Part shown: one piece after another, positions 40,901 to 54,406 of the stretch
How the letters are laid out: each line of letters opens with the position of its first letter
Position numbering within the stretch: the first letter of the stretch is position 1
DNA from: Bugula neritina
Lineage: Eukaryota > Animalia > Bryozoa
Assembly: GCA_964035545.1 (NCBI GenBank)
Contig: OZ037765.1
Span: 30,007,504-30,071,503, forward strand
DNA: 64,000 nt
Direction of reading: 5' to 3'
Program-made: the position numbers and the translations under genes
Notes under the pieces: model-generated
Told to the model about the DNA's origin: nothing
What the model saw: only the letters and a program-made list of their open reading frames with translations
Databases searched by the model: none

Positions 40901-43900
40901 ACTCACCCTTACTTCCTAATAACAAGAAGGCAGTATAAATATCATAGTTACAGTCTAAATAAAGTAAGTTTAGAGTCATGACTTGGTAGACTTAAACCAT
41001 GATGCGATAGTTAAAAGGTGGCTGGTTTTCGTCGGTGAAGAAAAATATTCTTCTATTTATTATGGTGAAATAAAAACAGTGATTTGGCATAAAATAAAAA
41101 TGTTATAGCAGAAATCATGGTGCGTTGAAGCAATTTGAATGTAAATTTAAACACGGTTGAATATGTTAGAGTAAAATGTCCAGATAAAACTTGAGTATGA
41201 CTTAATAAATATGTTGCACTTATTCTCACAGCTACCCTAAGTTATGCAGCAACAGATATTGTAAACTCAACAGAACTAAATGTAAATCAGCCACCAGCAG
41301 AAATCATCAAACACAGCCTGAAAATATTACCCTTTGATTTAGTTGTGGAAAAGCGTACAGTTCAACTTACAGACTTTGAGTGAAAGGAAAGCATTAACTT
41401 GACGTAGAAGTTGACCCCGACAGTCGAGTAGTAATCCAGACACTGGTGCTTCTTGGCTAAGGCCATGGCGGCACTCTGCAGTCCAGTAACCGAGTCGACA
41501 CACACACTTAGAGTTACCTCCCCTGTAGTTGTATATTGTATGAATATAATAGAATAGCTATATGATTACAAATGAACAAAACTTGTGCAAATTGTGGATC
41601 ATTAACATCAGACCTACACTTTGTCACACTAATAAAACTTCAGTTGTAGCACAGCGTAGTGAATGTAATACAATTTTTTTCTGCTTGATTCAATGAGTTA
41701 ATTCTACGCGACATTAAATTTACCTTGGCCTGTCCACAATGCAACATTACTTCATACAAAAGTAGATACTAGAGTAATTTAATGGTTTGTCTTTTGCAAC
41801 AAAATGTAAGGCAGACTACTTTATTTCAGGCATTTGAAAATGATATTTCCCTCAATATTTTGGTGTTTTGCCAATACAAGAGAATTTAGATGCACGAAAT
41901 TATTTCTTCTGTAAAAATAATACCATAACTAAGTTTACAAACACATTAGAAAATTTCTCTTTTAAAAATGTCTAAACTGAATGCTAATTACAAAGACAAC
42001 TTCTAATATATAACTTTATACCAAGACCAATAGCTGGGCAACTTGGTATAGAAGGTGGGACAGGCAAGTTATACCCTGATAGGTGAGACAAGTTATATAC
42101 TGATAGGTGAGACAAGTTATATACTGATAGGTGAGACAAGTTGTATACTGATAGGTGAGACAAGTTAAATACTGATAGGTGAGACAAATTAAATACTGAT
42201 AGGTGAGACAAGTTATATACTGATAGGTGAGACAAATTATATACTGATAGGTGAGACAAGTTATATCCTGATAGGTGAGACAGGTTATATACTGATAGGT
42301 GAGACAGGTTATATACTGATAGGTGAGACAAGTTATATACTGATAGGTGAGACAAGTTATATACTGATAGGTGAGACAAGTTATATACTGATAGGTGAGA
42401 CAGGTTATATACTGATAGGTGAGACAAGTTGTATACTGATAGGTGAGACAGGTTATATACTGATAGGTGAGACAAGTTATATACTGATAGGTGAGACAAG
42501 TTATATACTGATAGGTGAGACAAGTTATATACTGATAGGTGAGACAGGTTATATACTGATAGGTGAGACAAGTTATATACTGATAGGTGAGACAAGTTAT
42601 ATACTGATAGATGAGACAAGTTATATACTGATAGGACAGACAGACATACCGAGGTTATGTAAGCCGTACGACGGACCCACATGCTGTTGTGATGCTGTCT
42701 GGTAATGAACCTTCTTGGTGTGACGAATACTGATGTCCAGAACTCCTGCACTATGCAACTGAAAGATAAGCACATCTTTGTTTTAGAGAAGGCAACTTCG
42801 TATAAATTAGTAGTACTACGGACGAGAGTTACCAAATTTAAAGTCGGTTTCCCCAGTCCCATATCCAGATACACTTTCAACAATACCAACTCATATGTAT
42901 ACAAAATATGTTTATAAAATGAAAATAAGGCAGCATTTAATTGAAAAACAACGCAAGGTTAAGGAATTTGATATCAGGATTTTTTAGAGTTATCATGACA
43001 TGCGAATTTCAAAGTATCTAGCAATTGCCTCTATGACATCATCAATGAACTTTACAATATTTAAACTGTTAGCCCAGAACATCAGTGGTATGCGAGATAA
43101 ACCCTATAAGCCAGGTCACGGCAATTTCCTAGTTGATTAACTGCCTGGCAAGTGTTTTGACTGCGTCTTGAGCTCACCTGCTGCGTGTTGTCATACCCAA
43201 CAGGTGTAAGTGGCAAGCTGTATGACTGACAGCTGATAGTGTCACTCCCACTGTTCATAGTGATGAGTCCGAGTAACTTGGCAACAGGAAACAGACCTCT
43301 AAACATCAGCTGATCTCGTGTGTTGGGGTAATAGAATCGACACCACAGTTCAAAGGGTAGTGCTGTGCCGTGAGTTACACCGACCACTGTAACCAAAGTT
43401 TCAATACTTTAGCATGTGGACCTGTCACTAATTGATAGCCTGTGATACACAATCTAGTTTTATTATATGACATTACTGAAAAATTAACAGAGCTTTCCAC
43501 ATTCTACCAACTATAACTAAATAAATATTCACAAAGCATTTTATATATTAGTGACTAAAATAGAAGTTATCCTATTGGATGTTGTGAAGACAATTCCCAC
43601 ACTATATGACAGAAGCTGGTAGTGAGATAAAACAGTAATATAGTTCATACGGACACAGAAGAGGCACCCAGTACATTAGATAACCTGGTACATTGCGGAT
43701 AAGGAGATTTTCAGGTAGCAAAGAAGTGAGAGTATTAAATATTCCATTTCAGGTAAATACAGTTTATAGAACATATGCCTTCTACAGACAGCCCATACTC
43801 TGGAGGCATATGTTAGCTAAAGCTGACCGTGTGACATCTAGCTGAAGGAAATATAGTGTTACTATGTTATGATATACTATGCTATACTATACTATGTTAT

Positions 43901-46900
43901 GCTATGTTATACTATATTACACTACACTATGCTACTCTATGCTCCACGATGCCATGCTGGGCTATGCTATGGTATGTTACATCGTGTCCTACTACGTTAT
44001 ACAATGCTATACTATGTTACACTATGCTATGCTATCTTATGGCCTGCCATACTATGCTATGTTACACTATGCTATGTTACACTATGCTATGTTACACTAT
44101 GCTATGTTACACTATGCTATGTTACACTATGCTATGTTACACTATGCTATGCTACACTATGCTATACTATACTGTACTATCACTACTATGCTACGCTATG
44201 TTACACTATGCTATGTTACACTATGCTATGTTACACTATGCTATCCTACACTAGTGTGTGGTAGTATATTAGAGGTGCAGACGTATAACTTATAAACAGA
44301 CCAGCTGAAACCAGCCTCTGGAGGTTTGACTCTTGAGACAGAGTGATGAGGTGAGACCTGTGATCATCAAACGTAACGTTGGTGGTGCAGAGGGTGGTGG
44401 GTGACCGGTACGCCTTCATTATCAGGTCATCTGCTAACACCAAATACATAAACCAATCAAATGCGTGCAAAGATGACACAAAAATAAAACAGAAATATTT
44501 CTATATTGTCCAAATCTGCCGTATTATTTCAACTTGAAAACTTAAAATTATTTAGTTTGAATTACCACATAGTTATTTGTTAGATATATTACAAGCAGTT
44601 GTAATATTTTAAAATATATCATAAGGGTGTTAATAATATAAATTCACAATATATCATAGACAGCCATTATACAGGGAGAAGTGGGTTTACAGTGTACAGG
44701 TTTACAGGCTCACACTGCACTAGTATTATGTATGCACAGTCGTACCTGACACATTGTGTTGTGTAGGAAAATGATACTGCACGAAGCAATCAGCTTCACC
44801 CTGATAGATTGCATCACCCAAGTCCAGGTCTCTCACGGCTACTATCTTCACGTCAAACCTGTGTTCTATAAGAAATCAACACCCTTATAGTATTACACAC
44901 ATGAGTCTCAGTATATAATACGATGAACACACTTTACACATCAGTTTCCTTAGTCTTAGTACGTAGTATCTGTATTTAGTTACCTTGACTATCGGCATCA
45001 AGTAGCTGACCTTCCTTTTCAGGGCGTCTGCAACATCAGCATAGTGTAAGCAAAGAGTATGTATACATAGCGTTACTCTAACCACACACTGAGTAGAGAG
45101 TATATTATAGTACATAAAAACTACTACCACACCTATATTTCAAACAAAACCTAAATACAATAACATTGCTAGTAGTGGTTGTTAGCATACATATGCAACT
45201 AATATAAAAATTCACGCAAGTTTATAGTCGCTATCCCTGTGAGAAACCCCTGATGGAAAAGTTTTTTTAAAGCAGACTAAGGACTTATTCTAAGCAATTG
45301 TGACTGGATGCTCTTTCTAACATCACAGCTGGTGTTTGGACTTGAACCACTGACCTTGTGTTTACTAGGTCAACACTCTAACCACTGTACCACGACTGCT
45401 CCCTTTATTATTCAGCTAATAATATAATTCAGCTAATATACACTCAGTTACTCCACATAAACCAACTGAACTGAACTTTAAGCAAACTACACATAGACTT
45501 AGTGACTAACATGTGAAGCATTCTATCTGCCGGGTGTTTCTGAGGTGTATTGTGAGAAGGTGGTCGGTCATCAGGTTGTGTAGCTAAGGCTACAACTTTC
45601 AACGTCTGCAGAGACATGACTTGCTCCTGTGTTCCCATTGCGAGGAGCGCCTTCACCTCCCCCATACACCGGCCTGTTAGTGGGTTGGTCACAGGCAAAT
45701 AGCTGTCCACGGCTATGACTGGGTACTACAACAACAGGCATAATCTACAGAGTGCAACTAACATATATCAATGTTTCACATAACATTACGCAAAACTTGA
45801 GGCAATTGAGTCTCATGTGCAATCCAATTTAAAAAACAGGTATTTGAGAAGTGAACTATACGAAATCTGGTATTTTAGTTGCCAGTTAAATGATTAGCTG
45901 GGTTTCAACTTTGTCTTCATCGTTGACAAGTGACTGCGAAAGTGTTAGAAAAGATTTAGAAATTACCTTCAGTTTTAGAAATATTATAAAACAAAAGTTC
46001 AGTTGAATATAAGAATTATGAAACTTCAACTCCTGCGGAGTTTGTATAGCTGAGGAACCTCACCTGAGACTTTATAAGAACTGAAGCTATTCTGGGTTCT
46101 TTGTAAGACATGTAAAATGTGTTCAGGGGTAACTTGGCATATCCCAGTAACTGTAAAACAAGCGCACCATACATTATATATTATATAATAAAATATTATA
46201 TATTCCTTCATACTATACTATATTATATTGCATTATATAATATTACATTATATTGCATTACTTTATATAATATAATATAATATTCTATCATACTATAGTA
46301 TTTAAATTGTATTACATTACATATTATAATATACCACAATATATTACATTACAATATATTATATGTGCAACAGAATGCAAGACAGAAGACTTTATACAAA
46401 AATAAAACCTCTAGAAATTCACATTATTCAAATAATAACCTGATCCTTCTTGCTCACTGATCTCTTCTCCCACACCTCAACAACCATGTAGTTATTACAC
46501 ATGTTAGATAAGATGTCCTTGGTCAAGTGCAGAGGTATTGACTACAAGGCAAAGAGTAACAGCTGGACATTGGAAACCATAAACTTTTATAAGTCATAGA
46601 ATGATTTTCAACTGAGACTTCTCTTGAAAGAGCAGCTATGGTTAGGTGGCGAGTCTTGTTTTTAGGTCTAGTCTGGGATAGATATACTTACCTCATAGAT
46701 CTAGGTTAGTGCAGATGTACCTACCTCGTTGACACGATAGTCTGGTGTAGATGTACTCCAGCAAGTTTCTGATTGAAGTTTATCACCAGACCAGAATATT
46801 CTACACACTGCATAGCTGCTGATCATAGAGCCAGCGGAGATTCCCTGTGATTGTGCAGAGCTAGAGAGTTGTCTTCCCACAGTAACTTGCAAGAGCATGT

Positions 46901-49900
46901 GCAGCATAAGACTTGTATTGGCCTGTAGTAAATAGACAACCCTATGATTAAATAACACATAGTGAAATTGAAAATATGACCAAGAAAACCTGAAAATTAT
47001 TAGTCCTAAACACTGTATTTATTCTGCATATTAATTACTTGAAAATAACACAGAGTATGCAGTAATTATGGGAACTCGTTAGAATATTAAGACAGTTTAC
47101 ACTACACAGTTGACACTACACAGTACACATGCAACATGACAAACAGTAACTGCATACCTGTCCATCATCAGCAATCACCTGCCTCCCCGTCTTATCACCA
47201 ACTCGTTGTTGTATATTCACCTTAAGAGGTTCCACTGCAGGCCGAACATGTTCAGGCTTGTTGGGCACAGCTACAAGATACATCAATTAGAGAGAACAAG
47301 TAACATAGTTACACAGAGTATACACAGTTATATAGAATATATAGTTATATAAAATATATAGTTACACATAGTACACAGTTACAGAGTACACAGTTACATA
47401 GTACAAAGTTACAGAGTACACAGTTACATAGTACACAGTTACATGGTACACAGTTACAGAGTACACAGTTACAGAGCACACAGTTACACGGTACACAGTT
47501 ACATAGTACACAGTTACAGAGTATACAGTTACAGAGTACACAGTTACAGAGTACACAGTTACAGAGTACACAGTTACAGAGTACACAGTTACAGGGTACA
47601 CAGTTACAGAGTACACAGTTACAGAGTACACAGTTACAGAGTACACAGTTACAGGGTACACAGTTACAGAGTACACAGTTACAGAGTACACAGTTATAGA
47701 GAATAGACAGCACTGGGAGTAAGCACAGCATACCGAGGGGTGTTTCTGGTTTAGGTTTGAGCAGGGGATGCTGTTTCCTGGCCTTGTTAATCTGCAGCTC
47801 TCTCAAAGCCGTGGCAAACGACGGAGAATCAGAGTCTAACTGGATGTTCAACTGTAGAAATACGCAATAGTTTGAGCTGTAGATAAACACTTGACTTAAA
47901 TTAGCCTTCTTTATAAAAGAATGTCTACTTTGCGAGTTTAACACCAACTAGAGAAATCGTGGCAAGCTGGTGAGTCACCCGTACCTTGAGTTCTCCGATG
48001 ATATCAGCTCTTCTCCGTCTTCTCTTACGCGACACAGAGCCTCTCTTCTGATGCTTTGCAACAGGAAGTGCAAGGTCAAGGCCAAATGTCAGTGATTGCA
48101 GAAGTTGCTTCATTTGCAAGGAGCACGAGCCAATCAGAGTGGCCTAGCAGAGTAACGTATTGTGAGATATAGTAGATCACTGTTTGTTATTCTCAACACA
48201 GCAATAAGATGTGACTAGACTAGGAAAGACTGGTCGTGAAAAATAACACTTAGCAAAACCCTTTTACTAAACGCTATCAACTTACTAAAGAAATAACAAA
48301 CGTTAGATTTCTCATTTCTGCCATAATTATTTTGTCTAAAGATTCAACAGTGAACTGAATTTAAAATTAAAAGATGAACTGCTTTAGTTGAGGAATCACT
48401 CATATATCATGTCACCGAACTATTTACTAGACTGAAGAAAAAAAATTTTCAGCATATATACAACTAGTTCAGCGTATATACAATGATTTCAGCATACTAT
48501 ATACTAAAAATATAACATACCGTGCGGCTAGAAGGCTCTCTGTGGTGTATTTTTAGAACTAACATAGAGTTCCACCACTTCTCTATAGAGCTACCATCAA
48601 AGTAAACGGGAAACACTGTGTGGTGATTCCATGTTACACCTATTAGCATTGCGATAAGACTATCAAATTACACGAATATTTTCTTAGTTTACAAAGTATA
48701 CATAATTAATACATTATTTACTAAATAAATTCTAAAACATTACCAAATCTTTTTAAAAGTTTAGAATATTCAACTAGTAAGCACCAGAGTTTGTTTCACT
48801 CAGTAAATTTGTAATTCAAAGTTTCTAACTGATTCAACACATTTATTATAAAAATAGTAACGCCACGTGTGTAGAGTGTCACTTAGGTAAATAATGTAAA
48901 TAGAAAAGACGGAGAGAGTGTGAATACGTACCACCAGACTTCTCTACCTTTTTAGAGACAGCTCTCACTGTTTCTGTCGCTGTCGTGTTTCTCTCTGTTT
49001 GGTCACGAGACGCTGCCACTACAGGAAACTGATACTCCACAAAATAAGTGCTAGAAAAATTAATATGGCAAAAATGATTCAGCAAATTTTCATGTGGGTC
49101 ATTATTATGCAGCATTTCAACTTTATCGATCCCAGTTGGTGATTTATGCTGCAATATATTGATATCTGTAATCTTCAAACTCAGGGTATAGGATAAAGTT
49201 AATATCTCTTTAGTACCCGTATTTAGATGTCTTTACTGGGGGTGGACGACCCTTGTATGTCTTCTTCTCGACAGGTGTGCTAGGTCTTTCCTTCAGATTC
49301 AACTTATCTATGTGTACCCTAGCAACAGTGACTCTAGCTAGTAAAGTCAGCTGCTCAACAGAGAGACCTTCGGCAGCACTCCTTGTATCTATAAACAGTG
49401 AATTGGGAGTCTGTTTGGTACCACAGACAGAATATGCTTTACTTGAGGCAAAAATTCCTGCTGCTCCTGCATACAACTAGTGGTTTGTTTGTTTGTTTGT
49501 TTTATTTTGTCGCGGACAAAAAAATACATACAGTTGAGGAAAATAAACAAAATGACAAGGCCCAAGGCGCAATAGCACTGCAGCTAGTCGAGGCACCGAG
49601 CCGTGAATGGTTGACAGCGTATTATTTTCTGTGATAAAAAGATGGAGTAAAAATCAAAATGGCCACACATAAATACACTAGCACAACACAAAAGAATTTA
49701 TTACATTAAAAAAGTTGGTGGCTGGTGAAATAATAGCCTCACTGCCTGTACAGTGGTCTTGCTATTGATTAGGGGGGGGTTCATATATGATACGGGTATT
49801 GTACTATACACAGCTAAACAGAGTAGATGCAAGCCATTCAAGATGACCTCACCTTCATCATCACTGGCAGTCATGTCGAAGGAAACCCGGGAACCGCCGC

Positions 49901-50734
49901 TATCTGATTGGTTGCCAGTTAAGGAAGGGGCCGGACTAAGACAAATACGTGGTGATGCAGTAGAACACCGAGAAGGCGGTCTCTGTAGAAAAATAGCTAG
50001 AATTTAATCACATTTGGAAACGGAAACATTTGAAAACAACTTGAAATGGTATTTAAACTTGTGATTCTGAAATAGCCCTGTATATATGCAACATGTATGT
50101 GAATATTTTCAAATATTTATCAAGTTTACAAAATTAATATAACTAGTAATTCACAGACACAGCTGTTACACCATACAGGTCAGTTTTCAGAAAATATCTT
50201 AGTTACAAAGAGAACTGATTACTGCATTTAGTAGTATGTAATTTACATCATGTAAGTAAACTAGTTAAACTGGTGCTTCACAGTACATGTATTCAGGGGT
50301 TTCAGTATAAATACAGAAGTGGCTGTACGCACCACATTCCCAGGCTGGTCACACACAGACGAACAGACAAAGGCAGCTTCTGCTCTTGGCACCTGGGAGT
50401 CTTGTTCTCGTTCTTCAATACGCTTCTTGACATTAGGTGCCTGCTGACACGAGATTGTCTGCTGACACAAAGTCTTGTCAGCTCCTTCAGTCTAAAATGT
50501 TTACTCAATAAAATAAGTCTTCAAGTAGATGAGTTGAAGCTTAGAGCTAAACAGAAGTTGGGTAGAAAAATTTCCTAATAGAATAAATAACATTCAAAAC
50601 TTGCTGGCAAATAAATTCAACCTTTTAATGTAGCACCAACTAAGTAATATAATTTTATATAACTTTTGTATACACATAGATTACGTTGCATACACACACC
50701 CTAGCACATTTGCACACACGCACAAACACACACA

Positions 50735-50801
<67 letters not shown>

Positions 50802-53800
50802 GCACACCGTGAACAGACACATAATAATAATAATTAGGAAAATACTTTTTCAGCAGACAAGCGCTGAGCAGTTGACTTCCTGTAGAAAAGGAGGTCAAGG
50901 ATTTCCTGATCATGTGCCGGATCTTCAGGATCAGACAACTCCTCGTATATTGAGCTGATGCTACCAGAGTCTGAGAGGTACACCGCTTTTTTCTGCAAAA
51001 ATATCACTCAGACTAAAACCTGTGAAGTGTAGAGCAACAAATACACCAGAGGTGAGTTATAGAGATTTCACTAGCTGATGAGCTATCATTTATTATAAAG
51101 CTTTCACAAGTACGTGGACGGTCATATCACATGCATAATAATGGAAGATACACAAAAAAAATTTAAAAATGTGTAAGAAACTAAGAGTTGTATACTTTTA
51201 TGAATAAATTTAATAAAGTGAAACTATTAAATAAATAAATTGACATATACAAATTTGCAAGTGTTAAAATTATTTATTGTACGAGTTGATAGTATAGTTG
51301 ATAGTATAGTTGATACACAGTTGATAGTATAGTTGATACACAGTTGATAAAAACATACCACAGGACTTCCCAGGACCAGGTCCACAGATTTGAGGTCTGG
51401 GTGGGGACGTCTACCAGAACGTTGAGGCTGTTTAACAGCTTCCAAGTATTCTCTAGAAAACCCAATACAAGGTATTTGAGAGGGTATAAAAAGTGACCCG
51501 TTACTCAATAAAAAAGATGAAGATGTTTTTGGTATATAATGTGAGACACGTGAGTATAAAATGTATATACATACTTTAACTATAAAATGTAGCTATGTAA
51601 TGTAGGTATACATGATAAAGGTTTAGCACAAATTATAAAGGGCAGAAACTAAAACAAAAAAACAAAAAACTGTTACGATACCTGTGATCTGAAGCCAAAG
51701 GTATTGAAGGAAGGGAAGTCTCAGCACCAGCTTTAATATTGCTGGGAGCCGAGTCTATAGTTGATGATATCATAGCACTGCGTAGTCTTTGGCCTTTTTG
51801 TATTAGATTAGAAATCAAATCATCCGACTCGCCTGATGGCTTATCAGTTGGTGCAGATTTCTCAAGTTCTATATGCAAGGGAGACAACCACTTATTGCTA
51901 GAATGTCATGGTCATACAGAATCATCAGATATTAAAGAAACATCATCTTGCTGGCTGATTGCTATATGAAAGCAAGACTAATAGAGTGAGAAACTGTGTA
52001 CAGTGTTAAATTGTTTGAAAGCAAATTAAGAAAAGTCTGGCATTGCGGAAATAAACCAATCCGCATATTATATTATACTCTCACCTGACTTTGAGTTTAA
52101 TTCTGTGAGTTTGTCTACATTTTCAGTACTGCTTGTCCCCTACAAAATCCCACACCTTTGTTTACTAAACATAAACCATTCCAATAAAAGTCATGTATAA
52201 AAGCAAGATACAATGAATATAGCTTGACTTTAGAATATGCAATTTACACCATAACATCTTTTGAAATTATTCAAAACCTCATCTTACCTAAAGTGTACAT
52301 AATCTATATAATAAAACTTCAAACTGTAATGAGATTGAATATTTTAATAAGAATGCAGCACAAATACAAAGATTCAGAGGCTTTTGAGTGACTCATGTTG
52401 AGTGTATAGTGAACTTAATACAGTAGGATATGGAGACCTGGGGGTGAGAGATGAGACTACTGAAGGCACTAGGAGTCCCCAGTTTAGGGTTTATCTTCTC
52501 TCGGCTAACTCTCAGCTCACTCTGCTCAGTGTTGTCCAAGTCAGTGGTCGGCATCGCAGAAGACCCGCTGTCCTCAAACACTACAATCATTATTAAGGAA
52601 GATTATAGTGAGTTTTATTCTTATCGGAGATCATGTACTGTATATATTAGCAGTAATACTATTGAGTGTGATACACAGTATTCATATTTCATTAAAACCT
52701 CAGCTTGAGAGCTACTGATGAGCATTTAACCAAACTGCCGAACAATATAGCACTATAAGCATATGCTTGCACCTAACAATATATTACTATAAGCATATGC
52801 TTGCACCTTACAATATATCACTATTAAGTATTAGCATATGAGTGTATCTTACAATATACCACGTGTACCCAACGACAGTACTTATATCAGTAGAAGAGTT
52901 GATATATTTATGAGTGAAAAACCTACTGTGTAAAGCCTGCATCGACACCTTCACGTCCACGTGTCCAATAATCTCACTCTTTGAAGAAAAAATTGGGTAA
53001 GGCCTAGAAACATGCATTCAATCTAGTAGACAGTATGAAAATAGTTAATACAAGACAAAGTTCAATGTGCCTAACAGTAAAACTAGTAAGCAAATACAGC
53101 AAGTAATAATTTTAAAAAAAGTATTTTTAGAAAACTGGAGAGAAGTGTCAAATCTAAAAATTTAAATTTATTTGATACTTAAAAGAAAGATAAACCAGTT
53201 AACACAATCACATATAGAAATATGTTAAATGTAATAATAGAACTGCATAGTAATAACCAATAAATTACCCGACAAGAGATTTGCCAGAAGCCAAGGAGCT
53301 CAAACCATAGACCTGTATCTTACCAATGACAGACATGTCTGCACCACGCAACACATCAATGTGTAGAGTGCCTACAGAAGATAGAATGATTGCTCACAGG
53401 CTATAAGATATACAGTGTCAACCGTACCAATCACAGCAGGTTAAATTATTACATTCAACTGACTTCTATTAATCCCAGGCAACAGTTTATGAAGAATAGT
53501 ACAACTCAAGAATTTTAGCACTAGTAAAAAAATATAACCACTAAAAGGACTTTTTTCAAAAATTAAAAATTAACGTTGAAAATTAAAATCATAAATATTG
53601 CATGCTGTGCAAATCACTCTCACCCGCATCTGTTAAATATGAAGCCATCTGCTTGGGTCCAGATCTTACAGGATATCTTGCAAGTATTTTATTTTCAGAA
53701 GGACTAAAACATATCACAAGAAAGATGAACTACAATCAGTTTGAAATACATTAGTTGCAATATCAGGTTGAACTTGCTGTGAAATATCACAAACCTGAAT

Positions 53801-54406
53801 ATGGCAGCTGACTCAGCTGTCTCTCCCCACCACATGCTCCGTAGAAACACATTCTCTGGTGGCTTACCAATTTTCCACGATGGTTTATTCAAACGAACCA
53901 CCACGAAACATCTGATGTGACCTTCAACTTGAGGGGGTAAAGACCCATGCACCAAAACTTCTCTGGCAGCTGACAATTGAAATACTCAGCAAGTAAACAA
54001 ACTGCATAATTTAAATACTAGAATCAATCTAAAAACCATTAAGTTAGTGCATTAAAACTACCTCTAAAATCAAAGGTTAATTATTCACAACCAAAATAGT
54101 AGTGGTAGTGGTTCAAATGAGCAGCGATATTAGTACTATTAAAGAATTCTATTATTTTTAAAGATACATATAGATGCAGTTTAGCAGGCAAATTTGTTTA
54201 TCAGTAAAGTAGGCAAGTGAAAAAAACTAACAGAGATGGCAGTATTACTCTATTGGTGATATTATGTCATTCATTATTTAATGAATATGGTGTTATGTAA
54301 ACATCAAGCAAACCCCACCTTTGCTTTTGCATATTTTTTTACTTTTCTTCTTTTTCTTCAACTTTGACAAATCCTTCTCAGAGCCATAGACACTTAGACT
54401 ATCCAT
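31961..54406 (-). CDS. C2CD3: C2 domain-containing protein 3 (distal centriole/ciliogenesis), more than 30 exons. First coding exon 54406-54319, last exon 32077-31961
   Basis: SLPPQVEGHIRCF...WKIGKPP...WWGE, [120 protein letters not shown] and C-terminal MVANIFATRFSK* all match recalled C2CD3 blocks. Not every internal exon boundary was resolved. Confidence 0.9.
33596..33765 (-). repeat. Coding 24-bp tandem repeat (MSEE[E/D]QEV x about 7) inside a C2CD3 exon
   Basis: Visible in ORF 33484-34335. Confidence 0.85.
35244..35857 (-). other. U12-type (minor spliceosome) GT-AG intron of C2CD3
   Basis: The 5' site is AG|GTATCCTTT and the acceptor (gcactgaccggacattacag) lacks a proximal pyrimidine tract. 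Splicing yields [10 protein letters not shown] in frame. Confidence 0.75.
37541..37670. repeat. 30-bp minisatellite, about 4 copies
   Basis: taaaacacatcaagtcttcaagtacaaact units. Confidence 0.85.
38787..38955 (-). repeat. 16-bp minisatellite, about 10 copies, most containing CTCTG|GTAAGT
   Basis: Plus-strand unit gaatatacttaccaga. Confidence 0.92.
39570..39860 (-). repeat. Compound minisatellite (22-bp and about 33-bp units) containing copies of a donor site
   Basis: tatatactcagactat units interleaved with accactctacctg. Confidence 0.85.
40595..40735. repeat. 21-bp intronic minisatellite
   Basis: agtatatactgtatattatgt-like units. Confidence 0.85.
42065..42634. repeat. 24-bp minisatellite gacaagttatatactgataggtga, about 24 copies
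   Basis: Direct tandem copies, located just after a C2CD3 donor (cctcg|gtatgt at about 42649). Confidence 0.95.
43858..44250. repeat. Pentamer/15-mer satellite (ctatgctatgttaca)n
   Basis: Direct repeats. Confidence 0.92.
45011..45027 (-). CDS. C2CD3: 17-nt microexon of C2CD3
   Basis: gttgcag|ACGCCCTGAAAAGGAAG|gtcagc. It converts the phase-2 end of the upstream exon to the phase-1 start of the downstream exon. Confidence 0.6.
45222..45403 (-). mobile_element. tRNA-derived SINE
   Basis: On the minus strand: A box TGGTACAGTGG (45392-45382) and B box GGTTCAAGTCC (45348-45338) at tRNA-like spacing, followed by gatgttagaaagagcatccagtc and a non-tRNA tail. Confidence 0.7.
46170..46365. repeat. 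Degenerate (ATTAT)n low-complexity tract
   Basis: Pentameric AT-rich periodicity. Confidence 0.75.
47360..47697. repeat. 15-bp minisatellite acagagtacacagtt, about 22 copies
   Basis: Direct tandem copies. Confidence 0.95.
50713..50800. repeat. (CA)n microsatellite
   Basis: Near-perfect run. Confidence 0.95.
51283..51349. repeat. 12-bp minisatellite agttgatagtat
   Basis: About 5-6 copies. Confidence 0.8.

Noticed and set aside
41984-42904. 306-aa ORF with (VYNLSHLS)n
   Set aside because: It is a stop-free 24-bp intronic minisatellite. Only the short C2CD3 exon near 42650-42760 is coding.
43856-44295. Three overlapping C/Y/M/L-rich ORFs
   Set aside because: They are translations of a pentamer satellite.
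45330-45403. Functional tRNA gene
   Set aside because: A and B boxes are present, but there is no convincing acceptor stem and a SINE-like body follows.
47345-47706. Cys-rich metallothionein-like (CNCVL)n ORF and overlapping ORFs
   Set aside because: This is a 15-bp minisatellite after the exon donor at about 47730, open in several frames on both strands.
52716-52745. Second hammerhead-like string (ctgatgagca...tgccgaac)
   Set aside because: The GAAA box and stem II register are wrong, and stems I and III are absent.
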